Position numbers and translations under genes: made by a program
The notes under the pieces: generated by a model
What the model saw: only the letters and a program-made list of their open reading frames with translations
The model's database searches: none
Told to the model about the DNA's origin: nothing
In this document: in pieces, positions 39,356-49,700 of the stretch
Numbering within the stretch: position 1 is the stretch's first letter
How the letters are laid out: every line of letters starts with the position of its first letter
NCBI GenBank assembly: GCA_964016885.1
Contig: OZ024743.1
Span: forward strand, 373,674,001 to 373,738,000
Direction of reading: 5' to 3'
DNA from: Eledone cirrhosa
Taxonomy: Eukaryota
DNA length: 64,000 nt

Positions 39356-39431
39356 ATTGCCTTGTCTGACGAACGAATGCGGGCGTTTCTTGTATTCGTC
39401 TTATTCGGGAAACCTCTGGTAATGAGGTAAT
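39356..39431 (+). ncRNA. Type-I hammerhead-like motif with imperfect stem II
   Basis: Stem I ATTGCCTTGT/ATGAGGTAAT, CTGACGA at 39366-72, hairpin ACGAATGCGGG/CTTGTATTCGT, GAAA at 39409-12, CC-TCT-GG stem III, GUA. Confidence 0.6.
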
Positions 39432-39551
39432 TATATTGTATTGTTTATTATACATTAAATTTAGCTCTGTAACTTACATAGAGCACTCTTCACTCCTATG
39501 ACTTTTTCAACGGAAACTTCAATACTTATATATATATATATATATATATAA

Positions 39552-39586
<35 letters not shown>

Positions 39587-40009
39587 TCGTTTCTGAATTT
39601 GTTTAGCAAGATTCTTTATCTGAAATCGTGTGTTGAAACCGATATTGTTATATATTACACACATACACACCCACACATACACATTATATATATATATATA
39701 TCTGTTCAACTAACAGAAGACATGACATCCAGTAGGAGGCGTTTTTCATTGATTTGGAACACACTAGACATGTTTATGAATTGTTGTCCAAACTAAATCC
39801 TTCCTTTCTTTCCAATCCATACAAAGAACGTGTGACAGCTTTGTTGTTTGTTACAGAAGAAGTGTCAAGGAACGCTGGCAGACATATTTCTACAATATAA
39901 TCCTATGACAATATTTCAGACAAAAACGGACAAAATATAGATTAAAATGTCATAAACGAACGAATGAAGCTTGACGCATGCATATGGTAGAGATGGGAAT
40001 CATGATTGT

Positions 40010-40570
40010 TTCAAATTTAGGTACAAGCCCAATAGTTTTTTTTTGAGGGGGAGAGGTTGAGGTAAAAGTCGATTAAATCGATTCCAGTACTTGACTGGTA
40101 CTTCATTTTATCGACCCTCGAAGAATGATAAGCAAAATTGACTTCGGCTGTATTTGAATTTAAAACTAACTAATTGTCTCAAAGTATTTTGTTTTACGCT
40201 CTATCAATTCTGCCAATCCCTCGCCCTTAGTTTCTAGTAATTCAAAAGTACTTGACAGGTACTTTATTTTTTCGATACCGGAAGTATGAAAGGCAACGTT
40301 GACCTCGGCGAGATTTGAAACCAGAACGTAGAGAGGCGTAACTAAATACCGCAATGCATTTCATCCGACGCATTAATGATTCTGCTAATGCACCACTCAA
40401 AAGGTTGGAATCATAGTACAAGAATTGTATGATAGTTATACACCTGCGTGGCCTAGTGGTGAGAGAACTGGGCTCACGATCAGAAGGTAATGGTTTTGAT
40501 TCTTGACTCGACGGCACGTTGTGTTCTTGTACAAGGCGTTTCATTTCATGTTGCTACCGTCGACTCAGCT
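40010..40570. mobile_element. Cluster of SINE fragments (two minus-strand core SINEs, one plus-strand tRNA head)
   Basis: GGTACTT..TTTTATCGACC..GAAAGGCAA..TTGACCTCGGCG..ATTTGAA reverse motifs; GTGGCCTAGTGG A-box at ~40449. Confidence 0.7.
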
Positions 40571-43500
40571 GACAAATACGAATACTCCACACAACCCACG
40601 CATATATATGAGAAAACTGTAGCTAATTAGGACTAGCATGTAAAAGCAAACTCGGCCTCATTTGATCATGCTCAAGGAAGAGGTTAAAATTCTTCATATA
40701 TTTCAGAAACATCCCAAACTCTCCCCTATATCAGAACACACAATCCAAGAAATACAAAAGCATACAACATGATCTTCCCCAACCTATCAAACCGTACTTC
40801 AAACATGAAGCATTCGGAGCACCCCTACTTTTTTTTAAAGAACTTCCTAATATCACTTAGATGCAAGTTACACTACGACATAACCACATATGTCCCCATC
40901 TCTCTTAACTTTATATAAGCCATATATTCTTAACTTTATATGCGCTAGGCTTCTGCAGTTTCCATCTGCCAAATTTACGTTACAAAGCATTAGTCAACCC
41001 GAATCTGTAGAAAAGGATACTTGCTCAAGCTACCACGCATTGGAATAGGACTCCAAACCACATGGCTGCGAAGCGATCTCCTTAACCACACAATCATATA
41101 TGAGGGTGTTCGTTGAAATATTTTTACTAAATTTTTAAAACTCATTTTGATACACTGTATTACGTTTTTTACCTTCCCCCTGTTTACTCCATGTTGTGCA
41201 TCTCACGTTTTGTAAGCCTTTTGTAAAATACGTTTTCAGTGTAATTATAAACCCTTGTGGCCAATAAACAATGGATTATTATTATTGTTCATAAAATTAA
41301 TATCTTCAGTAAAACCAACAACAACAAAACCAATCACCTCATTTGGATGTTTTCAACTTTAAGGATAAAACAAAACGTCGAATGACAAACAAAACACATG
41401 GAAAAAACGTTTGTTTTTTCTTTCTTTCTAAATAATTAAAACTTTAACAGCAGAGATAATTATGTAAAGTAATCAATGTTCATAAGATATTGAACCGACA
41501 GTAAATTAAATGTAGGAAAATGATGAACAAATAAACAACCCAACAATAAAAAATATTAAAAAAAAACAACATAAAAACTTTGAAATGAAAAAAGAAAATT
41601 GCATTGTTGATTATTGGAAATTTGTGGTAAAAAGCCCTCACAGCATCTGAAATAATAAATTTGATGTTTGTAAACATATTTAGTAACAATTTACTCCCAG
41701 GTTGCTTTTAGCGCGAAGGATGACATTTACCGACTCAACTAAAACATTGGAAATGATAATTACGAGCAGAAACGTAAGGCAACCTGTGAACTTTGGTGGG
41801 CTATAACAGGACCGGAGGAAGTCCCTTTGAAACCCTTAAACACTTAAAAGATTATAGTGTCCCTACCCGCGTATATATATGTATGGACTCGTAACTCTTG
41901 ATGGAGACGTAGGAGCGACATACAACGAATCTTAGGCCTTTTTTAAAACCTGAGTGAGCCCATCGCCTCTCCAGGTCAGAAACAGCCAAAGTGCATTTCA
42001 ACGGCCGGTGACCCTGGAGTTCTGTGTCTTTCGTTTGTATTTTTATTTAAGAAAATAATTTTTCTAAGGTTTTCTCTTGAAAAATTGTTTTTCGTTTTGC
42101 TTTGTTTCCGTTCGCTGTCTTATCCTTTCTTTGTTAATTTTTTTAAGTTAACCTACTTTATTTACCTTGTTCAAACGTACTGTATTTTCCGTCGTGTATG
42201 ACGCATCTTTTTATCCAACATTTGACGTCAAATTCGGTCAGTTGTTTTCTTCGCCGAAGATATGATCAACAACATCAATAATTTCTAATTTAGGTACAAG
42301 GACAGCAAATTTGGTGGAAGAGCAAAGTTAAGAAAATCATCCCAGCACTTGATTGGTACTTCATTATATCAACCCCGATTGCATGAAAGGTAAAGTTGAC
42401 TTTGGCGGGATTTGAACCTTAATTTACTTTAAACTTTCAAATATACATTGTCTTCTATTATATCAAAATTGTAATATATGTATTCATATGCTTATTTCAG
42501 CTGTTTAATCCACAACTGGTGTGTGTGTATACATACACACACACACACATATATATATGCATACACTCTCCAAGGTGACAGACTGAATACGCACGCGTGT
42601 TTTTTTCTCCCTCATTTTCTCCGTTCCTTCCTCTTATCCCTCTTTACTTGCTATTATCTTGCTATGAAGGACTAGTGTCCGAAACGTTAAGACTCTTTTC
42701 CTGCTATTTCAAGCGTTAAACTAATATATTTCTTCAATGTACTGTGCCGTTTACTTTGTTATTTTTGTTTACCTGTTACACACACACACCGCGCGCGCGC
42801 ACACACACACACACGAATATGTAGAACTTAAAACATCCAAATACTACCGGAATGAACACTCAATACGGATGGTAGAGTGTAGACATTTATATTCTAGGAA
42901 GAAAAGCGACAGTGACTTCGAACCTTTAACTTATTCGCTACACACCAACCAAGTCAGCCTCTGGAATTCCCTACGTTGTTCAGTTCATCCGCCGCACACT
43001 CACTGTTGCACATAAATACTACACAGACAATAGCTCTTCAGCCACGCCATGGTCTGACGTACATTACGATCTTCATACCACAGCACACACAGAAACAGAT
43101 AGCCCCACAACACAGACACAAACACACAGATATACTCCACCCCTCGATGGTTTGATTGTTTTATCCCCTCTTGTGAATCTTTAATAAAAGAGACTCATTC
43201 TGATATGTCATCTTCCAAAATGGCTGACTAATTACATACGTGTTTTCCTTTTGAAAAACATTTTTCTCCCTTTATTTCTTTTCTTACTCTAGTTAGTTTT
43301 TGCTTTACTTCATCTCGCTCCCATTCTATCTTCCGATAAAGGAGTAACTTCTGAAACGATAAGATTCTTTTCCTACTATATCAGCCATTAAACTAATGTA
43401 GACCATCATTGTATTGCTCTGGTCTCCCGTGTTCTTTTTCCTTCTTGACTTTTCTCATATATATATATGTAATGTGTGCCTGTGTGCGTGTGTGTGTGTG

Positions 43501-44650
43501 CGCGTGTGTTCTGTTTAGGCTGTCGTTTTGTAGCGAATAGACTTACTGGAATTATCGTCTTCCATTGAAATGTAACAGGAAATATTTCCATTAGGCTTAG
43601 CACGCAATGGTCACAGAGAAATTTGAAATTCCATTCCCAAAGTCCTATTCCTATTTAAATAATTAGCATTCATTTCTACGTAGGAAGATAACGTTACAAC
43701 CATTTTAGTGAATTGCGAAGTATCCATCTCTGTGTAGTATGCTGCTTTCTTTGGTATTGGTATCATTGAATGGTTAAGAAGTTTGCCTCGCAACCATGAA
43801 GTCCCGCAGTTCGATACTACTGCCCGGTACCTCTTGCGTCCGCCTGCTACAATAGCCACGAACTAATCCAGCCTTATGTGAGAAGCTCACCGGTTCTACA
43901 CAATAATTACTTTAAGGGTACACATGTCTACGGAATACTCACAGCTGACCATGCAGCGGGTGTCGCTGGATATTGTCCGCGGAAATGCCATTGCAGTTTT
44001 ATTCGCAAGGCGCAGCCAAAACACCGCCCCGATCTAGGCGTAGTCTGTCATCCTCTACCTTACCGACTCTTTTTCTTCAGTTGCCTAACAGTCCTTGCTC
44101 TTTCCCTCTCTTTCTTCTGATTTATTGCATTTATAGTCCTTTCTTTTATTTTCCTATACAGCCAGATTTGCCCTTCTTTACCCCTTTCCCTTGTTTTTTC
44201 ATTACTTTTTAAAAATCTTTTTATTAATAACTTCTGTCTGTAAAATATAGTTGACATGCTATGTCTATATATAACAGATAACAAAATATTTCCACCATTG
44301 TATAGCTTCTGTCTGTAAAATATAGTTGACATAATGTGTTTATGTATAACAGATAAAATAAAATAAGAGATTAAAAAAACAACAAAAAACTATTGAAATC
44401 ATCCTCGACACAGACGGAGGTTTAGTTTCCTTATCTCTCTGTAAAAGGCAATGTCCCGTGACACCTTTTAAGGATTTGTTTTGTCATGTAGAAGGCAATG
44501 AATTGATAGCGTCAACGTCGGATATAATGCTTGGCAGTATTCCTTCCAGCTCTCTGTATTCTGAGTTCAAATCCCGCCGGGATTAAATTTGTCTTTCATC
44601 TTTCCGCTGTTAATAAAAAAAATGTACCAGTCTCCTGTACTGAGGTTGAT

Positions 44651-44682
<32 letters not shown>

Positions 44683-44690
44683 CATATACA

Positions 44691-44724
<34 letters not shown>

Positions 44725-44821
44725 CATGGTGTCCCAAAAAATGTATACATTCTTCAACAACAGTCTAATGAATATTGCTTATGCAGGTCATCAAAGTGTG
44801 TATGCATTTTTTGGGGACATC

Positions 44822-44824
<3 letters not shown>
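44725..44824. mobile_element. 100-bp Tc1/mariner-type MITE in (TA)n
   Basis: Imperfect TIRs CATGGTGTCCCAAAAAATGTATACA / TGTATGCATTTTTTGGGGACATCCTG, TA on both sides. Confidence 0.72.
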
Positions 44825-44895
<71 letters not shown>

Positions 44896-44962
44896 AAGGT
44901 TTAGCAAATAATGAAAAAGTTCCAAAATAAATTTTAAAAAATTGACTTTACCTACTATAGTT

Positions 44963-45046
44963 ACCTTTACCGATCGGTTTCGAATCCCAAAAATAAAACG
45001 TAGGCCATACGGCCTACGTTGCAAAGAAAGATTCTCGTCAGAAGGT
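44963..45046 (-). ncRNA. Type-I hammerhead ribozyme, copy 1
   Basis: ACCTT-CTGACGA-GAATCTT..AACGTAGGCC GTAT GGCCTACGTT..GGGATTC-GAAA-CCGATCGG-TA-AAGGT. Confidence 0.85.
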
Positions 45047-45435
45047 TCTTTTCATTCAAAGAATATAAAATTCTTGAATTTAAATCACAGACTAGCGCTA
45101 TCAAAACTGTTCCCGGGATGAGAGCGGATGATGTAGAAACAGATTTATCAAGGGCCGAAGCAAAGATAGAGGCAGAAGGAGGTAGGTCAAACCAGCCACA
45201 GCTATCGCTAGCAGCAGTCAAAACGACCAAATTTGTTCTCAACATTAGTGGAGGTAGTAGTAATAGGATATGTGTTCCTTCACGCACAAGGCGCTAGGTA
45301 CGCATGTATTGTCCAACCAAATGCCAGTGTGGTTCAATGGCGGGTTAATAAATTAACGATCCAGAACAAATATAAACAAGGTTTAGCAAATAATGAAAAA
45401 GTTTCAAAATAAATTTTAAAAAATTGACTTTACCT

Positions 45436-45519
45436 ACCTTTACCGATCGGTTTCGAATCCCAAAAATAAAACGGAGACCATACGGCCTTCGTTGCAAAGA
45501 AAGATTCTCGTCAGAAGGT
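45436..45519 (-). ncRNA. Type-I hammerhead ribozyme, copy 2
   Basis: Same core and stems as copy 3; 473 nt from the cleavage site of copy 1. Confidence 0.85.
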
Positions 45520-45833
45520 TCTTTTCATTCAAAGAATATAAAATTGAACACACTGGCATTTGGTTGGACAATACATGCGTACCTAGCGCCTTGTGCGTGA
45601 AGGAACTCATATCCTATTACTACTACCTCCACTAATGTTGAGAACAAATTTGGTCGTTCTGACTGCTGCTAGCGATAGCCGTGGCTGGTTTGACCTACCT
45701 CCTTCTGCCTCCATCTTTGCTTCGGCCCTTGATAAACCTGTTTCTACATCATCCACTCTCATCCCGGGAACAGTTTTGATAGCGCTAGTCTGTGATTTAA
45801 ATTCAAGAATTTTATATTCTTTGAATGAAAAGA

Positions 45834-45917
45834 ACCTTCTGACGAGAATCTTTCTTTGCAACGAAGGCCGTATGGTCTCCGTTTTATTTTTGGGATTCGA
45901 AACCGATCGGTAAAGGT
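45834..45917 (+). ncRNA. Type-I hammerhead ribozyme, copy 3
   Basis: Stem I ACCTT(45834-38)/AAGGT(45913-17); CTGACGA 45839-45; stem II GAATCTT/GGGATTC; GAAA 45899-902; stem III palindrome ACCGATCGGT; predicted cut after GUA at 45912. Confidence 0.87.
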
Positions 45918-46544
45918 AACTATAGTAGGTAAAGTCAATTTTTTAAAATTTATTTTGAAACTTTTTCATTATTTGCTAAACCTTGTTTATATTTGTTCTG
46001 GCTCGTTAATTTATTAACCCGCCATTGAACCACACTGGCATTTGGTTGGACAATACATGCGTACCTAGCGCCTTGTGCGTGAAGGAACACATATCCTATT
46101 ATATATATATATATATACGCACACACTCCTGTACGTGTGTATATAAGCAATGAAAAACGGCTGTACAATATATATATATGTGTGTGTGTGTGTTTACATG
46201 GTAGTGAATAAATGTGGGATTCTCGAGACTTCTTCCTGTCATGCAGTTATGCCGAGGTGTGTTTCCTTTGAATTTCCAGCAATTATTAATTCTACATAAT
46301 TCGTCTTTTATTGTTATTATAGCCTCCAAAAACGCGACAATCTTCTATCGAGAGAATTTTTAACACGAAATCTTTGTTCTCTGACACTAATTACATTCTG
46401 AAGAACTTTTATGGATTTCAATCATCTTTTATTTCATCAAAGAAACCTGAATTACAGCGAGAAACATGAACATGATCTACATTGTAGTAAATGCCTACAA
46501 TAGATATATTTGTTCTGTTCGTTATGACTCTTAACCGTTGTATA

Positions 46545-46710
46545 GTCAAAGCGGTGATTTAGCTGTTGTTTGTTAGGGCGTTGAATAGAAGAACTCATGG
46601 CATCTGTTTGCGCTCTCTGTACTCTGAGTTCAAATTTCGGAAAGGTTAACTTTGAATTTTTATCTTTTAGAGTCGATAAAATAAACTATCAATCAAGATA
46701 GGAAACAATT
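46545..46710 (+). mobile_element. Diverged tRNA-derived SINE immediately before the satellite
   Basis: CTGAGTTCAAAT B-box, GGTTAACTTTG..GTCGATAAAATAAA core. Confidence 0.7.
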
Positions 46711-46712
46711 AG

Positions 46713-49700
46713 CACTGGCTTGGGGAGGAGTTCATCTTGTAGTGGACAGTGACGTTGGCTTGGGGAGGAGTTCATCTTGTAGTGGACAGTGACGTTGGCT
46801 TGGGGAGGAGTTCATCTTGTAGTGGACAGTGACGTTGGCTTGGGGAGGAGTTGATCTTGTAGTGGACAGTGGCATTGGCTTATGGAGGACTTCCTCTTGT
46901 AGTGGACAGTGACGTTGGCTTGGGGAGGAGTTCATCTTGTAGTGGACAGTGACGTTGGCTTGGGGAGGAGTTGATCTTGTAGTGGACAGTGGCATTGGCT
47001 TATGGAGGACTTCCTCTTGTAGTGGACAGTGGCATTGGCTTGGGGAGGACTTCATCTTGTAGTGGACAGTGACGTTTGCTTGTGGAGGGCTTCATCTTGT
47101 AGTGGACAGTGGCGTTGGCTTGTGGAGGGCTTCATCTTGTAGTGGACAGTGACGTTGGCTTGTGGAGGGCTTCATCTTGTAGTGGACAGTGACGTTGGCT
47201 TGGGGAGGACTTCCTCTTGTAGTGGACAGTGACGTTGGCTTGGGGAGGACATCATCTTGTAGTGGACAGTGACGTTGGCTTGGGGAGGACTTCCTCTTGT
47301 AGTGGACAGTGACGTTGGCTTGGGGAGGACTTCTTCTTGTAGTGCACAGTGACGTTGGCTTGTGGAGGGCTTCATCTTGTAGTGGACAGTGATGTTGGCT
47401 TGTGGAGGACTTCCTCTTGTAGTGGACAGTGACGTTGGCTTGGGGAGGGCTTCATCTTGTAGTGGACAGTGACGTTAGCTTGTGGAGGGCTTCATCTTGT
47501 AGTGGACAGTGATGTTGGCTTGTGGAGGACTTCCTCTTGTAGTGGACAGTGACGTTGGCTTGGGGAGGGCTTCATCTTGTAGTGGACAGTGACGTCGGCT
47601 TGGGGAGGAGTTCATCTTGTAGTGGACAGTGACGTTGGCTTGTGGAGGACTTCCTCTTGTAATGGACAGTGATGTTGGCTTGTGGAGGACTTCCTCTTGT
47701 AGTGGACAGTGACGTTGGCTTGTGGAGGACTTCCTCTTGTAGTGGACAGTGACGTTGGCTTGGGGAGGGCTTCATCTTGTAGTGGACAGTGACGTCGGCT
47801 TGGGGAGGAGTTCATCTTGTAGTGGAGAGTGACGTTGGCTTGTGGAGGGCTTCATCTTGTAGTGGACAGTGACGTCGGCTTGGGGAGGGCTTCATCTTGT
47901 AGTGGACAGTGACGTTGGCTTGGGGAGGACTTCCTCTTGTAGTAGACAGCGACGTTGGCTTGTGGAGGGCTTCATATTGTAGTGGACAGTGACGTTGGCT
48001 TGGGGAGGAGTTCCTCTTGTAGTGGACAGTGACGTTGGCTTGTGGAGGGCTTCATCTTGTAGTGGACAGTGACGTTGGCTTGTGGAGGGCTTCATCTTGT
48101 AGTGGACAGTGACGTTGGCTTGTGGAGGGCTTCATCTTGTAGTGGACAGTGACGTTGGCTTGGGGAGGACTTCCTCTTGTAGTAGACAGTGACGTTGGCT
48201 TGTGGAGGGCTTCAACTTGTAGTGGACAGTGACGTTGGCTTGAGGAGGACTTCCTCTTGTAGTAGACAGCGACGTTGGCTTGTGGAGGGCTTCAACTTGT
48301 AGTGGACAGTGACGTTGGCTTGGGGAGGGCTTCATCTTGTAGTGGACAGTGACATTGGCTTGGGGAGGACTTCCTCTTGTAGTAGACAGCGACGTTGGCT
48401 TGTGGAGGGCTTCAACTTGTAGTGGACAGTGACGTTGGCTTGGGGAGGACTTCCTCTTGTAGTAGACAGCGACGTTGGCTTGTGGAGGGCTTCAACTTGT
48501 AGTGGACAGTGACGTTGGCTTGTGGAGGGCTTCATCTTGTAGTGGACAGTTACGTTGGCTTGTGGAGGGCTTCATCTTGTAGTGGACAGTGACGTTGGCT
48601 TGGGGAGGACTTCCTCTTGTAGTGGACAGTGACGTTGGCTTGTGGAGGGCTTCAACTTGTAGTGGACAGTGACGTTGGCTTGGGGAGGACTTCCTCTTGT
48701 AGTAGACAGCGACGTTGGCTTGTGGAGGGCTTCAACTTGTAGTGGACAGTGACGTTGGCTTGGGGAGGGCTTCATCTTGTAGTGGACAGTGATGTTGGCT
48801 TGGGGGAGGAGTTCCTCTTGTAGTGGACAGTGACGTTGGCTTGGGGAGGACTTCGTCTTGTAGTGGAGAGTGACGTTGGCTTTTGGAGGGCTTCATCTTG
48901 TAGTGGACAGTGACGTTGGCTTTTGGAGGGCTTCATCTTGTAGTGGACAGTGACGTTGGCTTGGGAAGGAGTTCATCTTGTAGTGGACAGTGGCGTTGGC
49001 TTGGGGAGGACATCCTCTTGTAGTAGACAGCGACGTTGGCTTGTGGAGGGCTTCAACTTGTAGTGGACAGTGACGTTGGCTTGGGGAGGACTTCCTCTTG
49101 TAGTAGACAGCGACGTTGGCTTGTGGAGGGCTTCAACTTGTAGTGGACAGTGACGTTGGCTTGTGGAGGGCTTCATATTGTAGTGGACAGTGACGTTGGC
49201 TTGTGGAGGGCTTCATCTTGTAGTGGACAGTGACGTTGGCTTGGGGAGGAGTTCCTCTTGTAGTGGACAGTGATGTTGGCTTGGGGAGGAGTTCCTCTTG
49301 TAGTGGACAGTGACGTTGGCTTGGGGAGGAGTTCCTCTTGTAGTGGACAGTGACGTTGGCTTGTGGAGGGCTTCATTTTGTAGTGGACAGTGACGTTGGC
49401 TTGGGGAGGAGTTCCTCTTGTAGTGGACAGTGACGTTGGCTTGGGGAGGAGTTCCTCTTGTAGTGGACAGTGACGTTGGCTTGTGGAGGGCTTCATCTTG
49501 TAGTGGACAGTGACGTTGGCATGGGGAGGAGTTCCTCTTGTAGTGGACAGTGACGTTGGCTTGGGGGGAGTTCCTCTTGTAGTGGACACTGACGTTGGCT
49601 TTGGGAGGACTTCCTCTTGTAGTGGACAGTGACGTTGGCTTGTGGAGGGCTTCATCTTGTAGTGGACAGTGTCGTTGGCTTGGGGAGGAGTTCCTCTTGT

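Larger units (their letters stand above)
44891..46100. mobile_element. Hammerhead-bearing ~482-bp tandem unit (retrozyme / Penelope-like pLTR type); two oppositely oriented arms joined at 45545/45546, inserted in (TA)n
   Basis: AAACAAGGTTTAGC recurs at 44892 and 45374 (period 482); 45546-46100 is the reverse complement of the same unit in circular permutation; three hammerheads. Confidence 0.85.

Noticed and set aside
41800-42000. Possible further hammerhead relics (CCGGAGGAAGTCC..GAAACC; CTGAGTGAGCC..GAAACAGC)
   Set aside because: Core and stems too degenerate to support by eye
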